A stretch of DNA of 64,000 nucleotides. It comes from Diadema antillarum. Lineage: Eukaryota. The stretch is taken from the NCBI RefSeq assembly GCF_040938485.1, contig NW_027271504.1, positions 1,302,001 through 1,366,000 on the forward strand, in the 5' to 3' direction. Shown piece after piece: positions 50,701 through 62,241 of the stretch; within the stretch, counting starts at the first letter, position 1; each line of letters begins with the position of its first letter. The notes under the pieces are model-generated. The model was given only the letters and a program-made list of their open reading frames with translations. It did no database searches and was not told where the DNA came from. The position numbers and the translations under genes were made by a program.

Positions 50701-53700
50701 AAGCGCTTTTTGATTATGGTAAAAAATAAAATATGTTGATTTGTTATATTTTCTTTATATCTTTTGTCCATGTGTGACAGGAATGCACATTTCAAGAATA
50801 GAGCTCTTCTAATATTTGAATGCTTCCAATTCTAACATAGATTTTGTCTGTAGATGGCTTATATTTGCTTCCAAATGTTACTTTAAACAGCTGCCATTGT
50901 TTAATAATTTAGAAATATTTTGCATTGAAAATTATATCATTATTTTTAGTGATTTGCATATAATAAAAGTTTTACTACCCAAACAATGTCTGCAAACATT
51001 TGTACATTCTTGAGGGAAAACAGACCATATGAGCATATTTACTTTTCCAAAATTACCCCATGGGATTGATGTACAGTTGTACTTGTACATGGCAGAAATA
51101 AATTACTCCAATTATCTTGCCAATATCAGGTTGCACATTAACTGGAGCTTAGCACAGCTATACTGACACCAGTTGTTTACACTGCAAAGCACACAGCCAG
51201 AAACTCTGTGCTGAGTTCATGCTGCTGATTGCAGTAGAGCTGCTGTACTACACATGTATGTAGTATTAATAGAGTAGAGAGAAGGGAAACGGATTTGTTG
51301 ACAGGTGATGTTCAGTGAATCTGTCGACTTCACACTGAGCCACTGTTTAGGCATTGAGGCACACTTGTTCATTAAAAATCTGATCAGCTCTTTGCCATGT
51401 AGTCTTTGTTTCAAGACTCAGTTTCATTTCAGGTCACGCTTTCGTGCTCGGCGAGATAGTACCTTTTTGGCTTTGAGAAGTCATCAGTATCAATTACAGT
51501 GAAATGGGAAAGATGATTGAATTGTCTTTGAATGTACCAAATCTGCAGTAGAGGTTCCCCAGCGAGTGTGGATTCACACTGAACTGCCAAAGATTGCTTG
51601 ATTGAACAGATTCTGGTAATGCTTAACGGACAAGTTCACCTTCACAGACATTTGGGTTGAGTGAATGCAGCAAAAACACATCAGTGAAAGTTTGAGGAAA
51701 ATCAGACAATCCGTTCTAGAGTTATGCACTTTTGAAGTTTCTGCTCACTGAAGGCTGGATGAGAAGACTACTATAGCTTGTGATGTCACATGAGTACAAC
51801 GATATAAACAAAATATAAAGAAAATTCAACATATTTTCACTTTCCTCGCTTAATAAAAGGTCTTATGACTTCCCTCTTTCAGAAGGCAAGGGGAATAATA
51901 TTACCCTTAACATACGTCCGTGACAAGTTGAGGAAATGTACACTTTTTTCAAAAAGTAAAATTTTGTGAAATTCTCTTTTTATTTTCTTTATGTCGTTGT
52001 ATGCATATGACATCATACACTGTAGTAGTCTTCTCATCCAGCAGTAACTGCGCAGAGACTTTAAAAATTCATAACTTTTGATCGGATTTTCCGATTTTCC
52101 CCAAACTTTCACTGATGTGTTCTACTGATATTGTTACATTCACTCAGTCCACATGTATATGAAGGTGAACTTGTCCTTTAAAATGGAATACCAGCATCAC
52201 CACCATTGTGGAGCTTCCACCTGTCCCTGATCTGGAAAAACAAATGGAATTACCTCACAGTCCTCTTGTCCCAACAAGAGAATGCAAAAGCCTTGCTTAA
52301 TTGTTAATAAGGGGGACGGAACCCAAATATACTTGTGGATTGAGTGAATGTGGTGATATTAGTAGGGCACATTAGTGAAATGGTTTGAGAAAAATCAGAC
52401 AATCCATTCAAAAGTTGTGAATTCTTAAAATGCACATTCCTTCAACTTGTTACTGACATACAATGTGTGATGAGAGTAATAATATTCCCCCTTCTTTTTG
52501 ACCGAGATAAGTCAAGTGCTCTTTCATCACCAGTGAAAATATGTTTTCACTGTCATTGATGTGTTCTACTACTCTGCATTCACTCAATCCAGTAATATTT
52601 GGGTTTCATTCCCCTATATCTGATTTCATTAGCTGAAATGCATGTTATAAACGCTTTACACTGGCATCTCCCTGATTTAATGTGCAAATGTCACCAGCAC
52701 TGCACTTCATTGAGAATATGTACATGTATGTTAAGGATATGCAGCACAGGGTTAGTCAGTTCACCTCAAAGAGGGCATGCATTTAACTTAATAATAGGGA
52801 AGGTACCTGCATAATTCTGACTGTCAATACGACGCAAGCAACTGGGTAGGGACGTTGTGTGTACTCACTCAGAGCTGGTACTTCTGGGGGTAGGAGTACC
52901 ACTTGAGGGGTACATGCATGTAAGTGAGAGAGGGCCAGGGAAATTTGGAGGTGTATTTGATCAGCTGTGGCTTACATGTTGTGGAGAAGATGGTGATAGT
53001 TCATGAGAGAGTAGATCAAACTGACGTAAAAATTCATACCTGTACATGAATGTTTGCAATGCATAGAGTGTGCAATGTAGAGAGTAGCAGCTAGAAAGTA
53101 AAGAATGTACTATCCCAGTACTAATAAGTAATTTTACATCCTTCTTATATAGATGATTTAAAGTAACTTGGAAAGGAAGTAGCACATTTGAAAGCAATAT
53201 AAAAAAAAGGTATTGATGCTAATTAAAACAAATTTTATTGTCTGGTTGTATGTTTTGCATTATTGACACACATTGTATTATCTTTATCTATTATAGAATT
53301 ATTGTTTAAAGGGGATAGCTAGTAACTGATCAGTGGGAATCAGTGGGAATGCTGGGGGATGATTGTTCCGATCCATGTGGGGTTCATTTAAGAGTAGATT
53401 ATATCTGTTGTCATGTGAAAATTATTTGCTTCAGAATGGTCTTATATTCAAGTAATGTGCAGTTCAATGTTTCCAGGTGTAATAGCATGCCTGTACAGTG
53501 TCGGGGCGATTGTTAACAGGCCGTTAACGATCGCCCTGTCACTGTACAGGCTTGCTAACCTGGAAACATTAAACTGCACATTACTTGAATATGAGACCAT
53601 TCTGAAGCAAATAATTTTCACACAACAATAGATATAATATTATAATGTACTCTTAAATGAATCCCACAAGGATTGGAACAATCATCCCCCAACATTCCCA

Positions 53701-56700
53701 CTGATTCCCACTGATCAGTTACTAGCCATCCCCTTTAATTCATCATTGTGATTCAGGATAATGATAATAACAATTATTTGAATTGCCGTCATTAATGAAA
53801 ATTATAATTAATGAAAAGAGAGAAAAGGAGATATTGCTATTGTTAAACCCAAAACAAAAACTTAGTTCTTGATTGAGTGAAATTAAGTTTGGCATCCATC
53901 ATTATCACGTCAACATAAAAAGCATCCTACACATTCATATCTTGCATGGTGTACATATAGGCTAACCATGGAATATAACCACTGACTTCAAGGTGATATT
54001 GATTATCGCTGGATTATAACAATCCTCTCAGCTGCAGGCTCCTAAATCAAATTGACATTTCACTCTGGTGAGATGGCACGAGCACTCTTATCAGGCGTGC
54101 CAGGGCACTTCGGGAACGTGAGGGCAATTGATGTACATGCAGCTCCCACAGATATGCCCATGATCTTTAACCATGAAAATTGCAAATAACAGTACCGATG
54201 CTATCAACATTACACTCACAGTGTACGTTTTTATGAGCACAAATCTTGTGTGTATTTTACAAGGACCTCCTAAAAATCAACACCACAGGATATTGAAAAG
54301 AAACTGAAACAGTGGCTCTTAGGTAATTGACAGATCACACAAGAGATAAATTGTTTCCGGCTATGTATTATCTATTATGTAGTAGCTTTTTTTAGTGTAT
54401 ATTCTTCAGCTAAGTTTCATTTTGTAAATTGCAGTTCAACATCTTTTGACTTAAATGAAATCTGGAGTGTCGACCATGAATTTTATATTTATTCTTTAAA
54501 AAATGTTTTCCACATTTGTTTGTTCAAAACATTGTGATCTCCTGATATTTGTCATTGTAGATATTTTTATTGTTGAAGTCAAACAATTTTTCACTGTTCT
54601 CTTCAACAATCATATAGTAAAGAAAAAAAAATGATTGACAATTAACCTGGGGCACATATCTACCTGCAGCCTAAGAGAAAAGTGCAAACTATCATGATTA
54701 CTTACAGTGTAAAGGACAAGTTCACCTTCATAAACATAAGGATTGAGAGAATGTAGCAATATTAGTAGAACACATCATTGAAAGTTTGAGGAAAATCGGA
54801 CAATCCGTTCAAAAGTTATGAATTTTTGAAGTTTTTGTGCAGTAACCGCTGGATGAGAAGACTACTGCAGTGTGTGAATAACTTAGATGTCACATGCGTA
54901 CAACCATATAAGGAAAATATAAAGAGAATTTCACAAAATTTCATTTGTTGAAAAAAGTACACATTACCCCGACTCGTTACCGACAAATGTTATGGGTAAT
55001 ATTATTCCCCCTGCCTTTAGAAAGAGGCAAGTCAAGTGCTCTTTTATTATGCGCAAAAAGTGAAAATATGCTGAATTTTCTTTACATTTTCTTTATACTG
55101 TTGTACGCATATGACTCACAAGCTGTAGTAGTCTCCTCATCCAGCGGTTCCAATACAAAAATTTTAAAAATTCATAACTTTTGCATCGATTGTCCAATTT
55201 TCCTCAAACTTTCACTGATGTGTTCTACTAATATTGTTGCATTCTCTCAATCCTTATGTTTATGAAGGTGAACTTGTCCTTTAAAATGTACTTAGGTCAT
55301 AAATAGTGGGGATAAGCATCAGTCAGATGTTACAGCTATGTAAATCATCAGCTGTCTGAACTGTAAAATTTAGTGTACACTGATTAAAAGATAATTCACA
55401 ATTTATTAACAGTACATTGCTATTGATGTATATGAACCACACCACAGAGCAGTATGGGGGGGGGGGCATTTCATCAATTGTTTTGTCAGTGATTTTCACA
55501 GACAAATTTGCTCTCAGCCAATCAGATGCCAGGATTTCTGTAGCTTAGAGTGGTTGTCGGTGACTGACAAGTTTCATGAAATGCTGCCCTCGTTATCAGA
55601 GATGTCCAATGTCCGTGTGGACTCATTTGAACGTGTACACAATTTTACACTGGGAGAGTATTGATGTGGGTGCATGGTTGCATTAATGGTGAAATATATG
55701 GATTGTGAACAGTTGACCCGTGTAGTAGTCATAATAATACACTGTACCAGGTACCTTGGTACTGATAGGGATGTTTGCAAAAACAGTTACCTCGGTATCC
55801 AGTGTGTGCAAGTTCCTGGATTTCCCTTTGTTTTGTGTATAATCTCTCTATCTGAGTGTGTGTGTGTGTGTGGGGGGGGGGGGGGGGTGATCAGCTCTTT
55901 GGATGCAAATCATATTACGTGGGAGCATCCTAATACATTATGCATACTTCAAGCTAGGAACCAGATGTTATGGGTATAGACAGGTCTAATGTACAATCCC
56001 ACCATATTATTCCACAATGTCTGCCATGTTTAGCGACAGGATGTGCAGCAGCTGATGTGACCTTCTCTAAATCTCTACCCTCAGTGTCATCAGGGCCCTG
56101 TTGCATAATACTATATAGTAACTTTACATGCAGTGAATAGTAGCTCCGCAATCTATGTTAACCATCAATAATTTCTTGGCTTTGATTGGCTTTGATTGAC
56201 TATGGAATTGTGCTGCTACCAACTTAACCACTGATGTGATGTTACTATAGTTCTATGCAACGGAGCCCATGGCACTTGGGTCAATTTTTTTTTTTTTTTT
56301 TAGGTGAAAGAGGCACGTAGCAGAACACTCCTCTTACATGTTGTTATTGTTGTGATTGACACAATGTTAAGTCTGGCTTGCATGAAGTCATGAAGCTAAG
56401 GCATCATCTTATCACCTCCGCCAAGCCGCGCCAAGGGAGGAGGTTATGTTTTCTTTACCTTTGGTTTGTGTGTTCGTTCATTCGTTTGTTCGTTAGTTAC
56501 TTTGTCCGTGTGCAAAATAACTCAAAAAGTAGTTAACGGATTGGGATGAAACTTGCAGGAAAGGTTGAGAATGACACAAGTAACAAACGATTAATTTTTG
56601 GTAGTGATTCGAGAATTTTGGGGGAATTTATGAATGATTTTTGATGTTTTGGCAGGTAGGGTCAATGAACTTGGGAGTTCAGGCTGTGCGTACACGGTAT

Positions 56701-59700
56701 TGGAGGTTTGCCTGCGCGCACTATAAAGTGCGTGCTCTAGTTTCTCCTGGGGCGAGGCGCGCCGTGCAGCTGAGGGTTTATGACGTAACAAAGGCTTCTA
56801 TATTGGGATATCGGACGACTTTCAGCACACAATGCTATAAGTACTTATGGGTGGAAATTACTGATATCTCTATGGAAGAACAAGATCAGTGGTGGAAATG
56901 AGCTGCATGCTTGGCGGAGGTCTGTGCTCTCAGAGTGCTTTTCTAGTTATATCTGTGGGTGATGTAGATCTTCAAATCAAATGACATATCAAATTTTCAT
57001 ATACCTAACACATTTGTTGTCGTTTAACTTTGGCATAGTGTCTGCAGGATTTTAGATTTATTTTGATATTGTACAATAGTTCCTTCACCCAAATGACAGT
57101 TGCCAGTTTGGATATGTTGTTCTATTTCATCATTCTTTGCACTCTGTGTATTGATAAAGAACTGTGTAATACACATATTGACTTTATTATATCTTAAAAT
57201 CATACATATTATAGCATTGGCAAATATTTGCGTTGTCATAAAATCATACATGTATACATTTCATTTGTATTGTAGTGCAAGCTTTGTATTATTTGAGGCA
57301 ATGTCACTGTCACCTTTGTATGATCAGAAAAATAATCACTGTTATGCTGTGCTGATGTGCAACCATGTATACACTTGAGGAGTTTGTTCGCAAAAACCGA
57401 TAAGTCAATATTTGAAGTACGGTCTCTGTCATAAAGTACTAAATGATACATTTCAAATGATATATTGGTCATATAAGGTACATTTTTAAAGTTATGGTCA
57501 AAAGAAGCAAACATTTTCTCATTATTCTCTTTATTTTTCTTGACCTTTAATCGCTAATATCTCCATTTGGCAAATATGGACTTATCGGTTTTTGTGAACA
57601 AACTCTTCACTTGTTTCATTTTCAGTATTAAGAAAGCACATGATGATATGTGAGAGCACTGCTATCATCTTTCTTGTCAACTTTCAAATTTCTGATCCAC
57701 TACCCTCAGATTTGGCGCAAACGAATACTTGAAGACCAAGTGGCGTGACAGTCACAATGGTGCCCTCAGCAAGACGGGCAGCTTGGTGTGCGGCCTGGGC
57801 GCAGGGGTCAGCGAGGCCATCTTGGCCGTGACCCCAATGGAGACGATAAAGGTCAAGTTCATCAACGACCAGACGTCGGCCAATCCACGGTACCGAGGCT
57901 TCTTCCACGGGCTGCGAGAGATCATCAAAACTCAGGGTGAGTAGGAAATGTTTGAATTTCCCGAAACAGATCCACCATCCCCACCGAAAAGTGAATTTCA
58001 GTTGAGAACAACTCTACAAAATTGATAATTTCAAAGTGAACATGTCTTACTGTCACTGGGGAGACAAAACCTCGTATCTACAAAATGTCAAATGTTCAGG
58101 AGAGCAAAAAAATACATGGCAGCCAAAGCACTATATCAAATGGGATAGCTTTTCCTTTGTCATGCCATGGTGGCTTCATTTTTGGGGTAAGACAGCTAGG
58201 ATTTGGACAGGACATCACTTAACTGATTTGACCATTAATCCCCCCCAAAAAAGTCATTTTCACCAAAATATGAGATACAAGGTCTTGTCACCCCTGTGAC
58301 GATATGTACCTGGATATTTGTCATTCTTCACTGTAGATTGCCTGTGGTAAGTTCAAAAATGGAGAAATGAAAGTTATGAGCAAAATCACTGCAGAGGTAC
58401 AAAACAATTTTATAGAGGTTTTTATCACACATCTCCCCATCCCCCTCAAGAAAAAATGAATAAATGAAAAAATAATGAATAAATATAAAAAAGAGAGCTT
58501 ATAACTGGGTGAACACCATCATTTTGCTAACATTGGAATATGATTAATTGCATAATTCACAGTTATGGATTTTCACATGGTGCATATTGTGCACCTGTAG
58601 ACATTCTATGTGTGCTAAATGTCATAGTTATTTGTTTTTCTTGTGGAAGTAGTGTATAAGTATCCAAAATAACATTTGAGTGGATGCCTGGTTCCCACAT
58701 GAGGAAATAGAATGAAGTATTAAATGGGACACATACTTTGCGATGTGTATGAAAATCTGATTTGAATGGTAAAGATTGAAAAGCATTCAATAGCACAGAG
58801 GTGAGTTACAACTACATTGTATAAGAAAGCAAGAGTGTATTGTCTAATAAGATCCTCTTACATGTATGCACCAAATGATGTACGAGAGAGGTGAGGTGAC
58901 AATGAGCCGAACTGAAAGTTTGGGTCACTTTCATCTTAGAATTCTATAGTGTTCATGCTTGTCCCTCATGAGAATATTAATTCTCACATATGATTCATCA
59001 TGCCCTACTCGGGGTACCCCTGTAAACCGGGGTATGGCATTATAGCACCATCCCATGTCTATCATCATACAGTTATGCCAGCTGCAATGTTATCAGGGCG
59101 ACTATTTTCTCATCATCAGCGCCGTCATTAATTGGCACGGTGATAATGATCCCAATACTGATTTTCCTTTCATGTTAACTTGTGTAATCTCGACAACTAA
59201 TCACAATGGTAATAAAAATTTCACTGAGTAACTATTTAAGAATTTGTTATTATTACAGTATTATTATTAGACCCCACCCCCATAAATAATTTTTACACAT
59301 TTTTTGGTAACCCAGAGACCAGGTACTGTGCAAAAAAATAAAAAATAATTCAACAAAACGGTGAATTTTCATTTGGTACCGCAGGGTACCAAATGTTGCG
59401 TCATATGAGGAAATGTGATAGATTCTGAATAATGTCATAAAACTTGGTGTACACACCAATGTTACAGTATTTAACAGAACGTAGGGTAAAGATTGAATAT
59501 ATTAAAAGTCCCATTCTCTGTCTGTTTTCATCACCCCTCTCCACCCCACAACTCCTTTGATCCCACCCCAGGTCTGCGAGGCACTTACCAAGGTCTGTCC
59601 GCCACCATCATGAAGCAAGGCAGCAACCAGGCCATTCGCTTCTTCGTCATGGACTCCCTGCGGGAATGGTACCGCGGCGGCGACCCCAACAAGTACATCA

Positions 59701-61686
59701 ACCCCCTGATCACCGCCTGCTTCGGCGGGATCGCTGGCGCGGCCAGTGTGTTCGGCAACACCCCACTGGACGTGGTCAAAACTCGCATGCAGGTGAGTTG
59801 GAGGAGAACAAGTACTGCAGTTTGCATTGTTTGACAAAATCATTCCATGCCAGAAAAATTATAATTTTGCATGTTGTGATTGCAGATAGCAACTCCTTTA
59901 GATAGGTAAAGAAATTTTCTGAGTGTATTTTGTGTATGTTTGATCACTCTATAATAGGGAGCTTTAGATTTTAGACACGCAGACGTTCAAAGGGAAAAAA
60001 ACATGGTCTGAGCGTGCGCAGTAGCGCAAGTCAAGTTACTGCGCACGCTCAGACCATGTTTTTTTCCCTCTGAACGTCCGCACGTCTAAAATCTAAAGCT
60101 CCCTAATGTTGCATACTTGCCAACTTGTCCTACTTTTATCAAAATATTTGTTTTGTTTTCTTTTTTTGTTGTTGTTGTCAGGAAATTGAAGAAGAAGCTT
60201 TATTGAATGTTGTGTTCCTATTCTTTGACCATCTGTTCATGGTGAATTATAGGAGATTGATTGAAATTCCTATTTTTTTTGCAAATTTTACTACCAATTG
60301 TTCGTGTTTGTTCAGGTGCAGAGTTCACTGGTATGATTTAGTATGTGCTTTATTTACAGACTTGGAGGGTTTTTTTTTTTTATTCTAAGAGAGAGAGAGA
60401 ATGAAAGGTTGCCAATTTGAGAAAAATAATAAAAGTGATTATAAGGGAGAAAATGTGAGTATTGTTGAGTGTTATGTTTCAAGATCATATGCACTAATGC
60501 AGAATTGGTGCAGTAGGTAACAAAAGACCAGCCACATGATCGCAAGAGTAAAGTGCTAATATGGCAGATTGAGGAGTGCTGCCATGAGGTTTCACATTTC
60601 CCACCATTTTTCTTAACACAAACATTCTCTGAATGCCAGCATTCTTTAGAGGATGTTCACCTTCATATACAGGTGGATTGAGTGAATGTAGCAATATTAG
60701 TTGAATAAATCAGTGAAAGTTTGAGAAAAGCCGGACAATCCGTTCAAAAGTTATGATTTTTTGTGTGTGTTTCTGTTCAGTAACTGCTGGATGAGAAGAC
60801 TACTACAATTTGTGATGTCGCATGTGTAGAACGAGAAAAGGAAAATATATAGAGAGAATCTTTTTTTGAAGTTGTTTTTGGGTTTTTTTTACAAGTTCAT
60901 ATTCCCTCAATTTTTTACTAACATATGTCAAGGGTAATGTTATTCTCTCTGCCTTCTGAAAGAGGCAAGTCAAGTGCTCTTTGATTATGCGAGAAAAGTG
61001 AAAATATGTTGAATGTTCTATATTATCTTTATATTATTCTTTGTGACATCACAAGCTTTGGTAATCTTCTCATACAGTGATGGTGGCAATGAAACTTTAA
61101 AAATGTATAACTTTTGAACGGATTGTCTGATTTTCCTCAAACATTCACTGATGTGTTCGACTAATATTGCTGCATTCACTCAACCCACATGTATATGAAG
61201 GTGGACTTGTCCTTCAATCACTGAAACATTACATTATCTGTTACTCAAGGGGTTAAAGCACTTTACTACCTTTTGACATTCTCAAGCTAGCTCCAATCAG
61301 TGTACTATGCGAGTAAAACTCCACCTACGTATAGAATTAGTAGTGAGCAAGAATGACAGTCTTGTCATCATGGTCATTCTCCACTTGATCTCCATTAAGA
61401 TTGTATGGCAGGGACTTCAGGTGAAAGTGGTCCATCAAAATCACCATCCCAACATTATTTCTTTCTTCTGTTACAGGGTCTGGATGCCCATAAGTACAAG
61501 AACACATGGGACTGCATTGTCAAGATCTGGAAGTACGAGGGTGCAAAGGCGTGAGTATTCAATGCCATTTTAAATGCACACACAGGTTGACAAATCAGTG
61601 GCCCTTAGACGGCGCTATTTCGATGTATCTGCCTAAGCGCCACCACATCAATAGCACTGGGATCTATGCATTTCATCATGCATTTC

Positions 61687-61717
<31 letters not shown>

Positions 61718-62241
61718 CGATGCTTTCACGTTGTACACCAGATGGTAGTCTTGCAGATAGTTGAGGGTATGGCAGTGTTTATAGGCAATAGAAGATTGTT
61801 CTCTTATAAAAGGGACACAGGAAAGCTACATGTATTTTGTCATTGACCATACTGTTTCCATGCAATTTCAGTACGCTAATTTTACTGAAATGCACAGTGC
61901 CGTAATGTTTGCCCTCAGAAATCTACGAAGTGTTGTGTGTCGGAAACTTTAAAACAAAAATTATAACCAACTATTTTGTGCATTTCTGCATCTTCATATT
62001 TACAATCCATAGTATGATTAATATATCTAAATGCAAATATATGTGTGTGGTTGTGATGATGATGATTAATGGTAGGAATTAATTTTGTTTTTACCCTTTT
62101 CCTGAATTCAATCCCTGCTCTCTCAGATTCTACAAGGGCACACTACCACGTCTCTCACGTGTCTGTCTCGACGTCGCCCTGGTGTTCGTCATCTACGATG
62201 AGGTGGTGAAGATCCTCAACAAGGCATGGCCTACGGAGTAA
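41709..62241 (+). CDS. SLC25A1: Mitochondrial tricarboxylate (citrate) carrier, 6 coding exons, 337 aa
   Basis: Exons 41709-41877, 50131-50338, 57710-57936, 59572-59792, 61477-61550, 62127-62241; 1014 nt. Motifs [103 protein letters not shown]; three carrier PxD/ExxK repeats. Intron 1 is GC-AG. Confidence 0.95.
42083..42200 (+). repeat. Truncated TIR related to the 39430 foldback, followed by a CCTCATGAGG minisatellite
   Basis: AATT|CAGTGCGGGAAACCCGCTCA versus ATTT|CAGTTCGGGAAACCCACTCA; 4-5 units of about 20 bp with a palindromic (C)TCATGAGG core. Confidence 0.6.
44046..44426. mobile_element. Kolobok-like MITE (same family as 263-633, inverted)
   Basis: TTAA|AGGGATGGTATAGTTTTGGTTGA ... TCAACCAAAATTATACCATCCCT|ATAA. 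Confidence 0.7.
44552..44714. mobile_element. Short MITE, CAGTGGCGGATCCAG family
   Basis: CAGTGGCGGATCCAG ... CTGGATCCGCCCCTG; flanked on both sides by TTAGTG. Confidence 0.7.
47722..48504. mobile_element. Non-autonomous piggyBac-like element (783 bp)
   Basis: TTAA|CCCTATACTAACTGGG ... CCCAGTTAGAATAGGG|TTAA (15/16 TIR match); subterminal GGGGGTCAATTTGACCCCC at both ends. Confidence 0.85.
51627..52177. mobile_element. Kolobok-like long-TIR MITE (AGGACAAGTTCACCTTCA family)
   Basis: TTAA|CGGACAAGTTCACCTTCA ... TGAAGGTGAACTTGTCCT|TTAA. Confidence 0.75.
53310..53734. mobile_element. 425-bp palindromic Kolobok-like MITE
   Basis: TTAA|AGGGGATAGCTAGTAACTGATCAGTGGGAATCAGTGGG ... CCCACTGATTCCCACTGATCAGTTACTAGCCATCCCCT|TTAA; the arms pair almost to the centre (gttaacaggccgttaac). 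Confidence 0.85.
54713..55280. mobile_element. Kolobok-like long-TIR MITE (AGGACAAGTTCACCTTCA family), best-preserved copy
   Basis: GTAA|AGGACAAGTTCACCTTCATAAACATAAGGATTGAGAGAATG ... CATTCTCTCAATCCTTATGTTTATGAAGGTGAACTTGTCCT|TTAA. Confidence 0.8.
55463..55589. mobile_element. Short Harbinger-like MITE
   Basis: ggggcatttcatcaa ... ttcatgaaatgctgccc imperfect TIR. Confidence 0.45.
56409..56948 (+). mobile_element. Helentron-associated (HINE/DINE-1-like) element
   Basis: Subterminal IR CCTCCGCCAA (56415-56424) / TTGGCGGAGG (56911-56920), internal GTTY microsatellite, 3' end gctctcagagtgcttttctagtt, T-rich flanks. Confidence 0.7.
57377..57608. mobile_element. 232-bp MITE with GAG termini and 4-bp TSD (Sola2-like)
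   Basis: ACTT|GAGGAGTTTGTTCGCAAAAACCGATAAGTC ... GACTTATCGGTTTTTGTGAACAAACTCTTC|ACTT. Confidence 0.75.
59956..60104. mobile_element. 149-bp hairpin MITE
   Basis: AAT|AGGGAGCTTTAGATTTTAGAC ... GTCTAAAATCTAAAGCTCCCT|AAT; arms of about 68 bp and a loop of about 13 nt. Confidence 0.8.
60650..61213. mobile_element. Kolobok-like long-TIR MITE (AGGACAAGTTCACCTTCA family), diverged copy
   Basis: aggatgttcaccttcatatac ... gtatatgaaggtggacttgtcct; colinear with 54713-55280. Confidence 0.7.
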
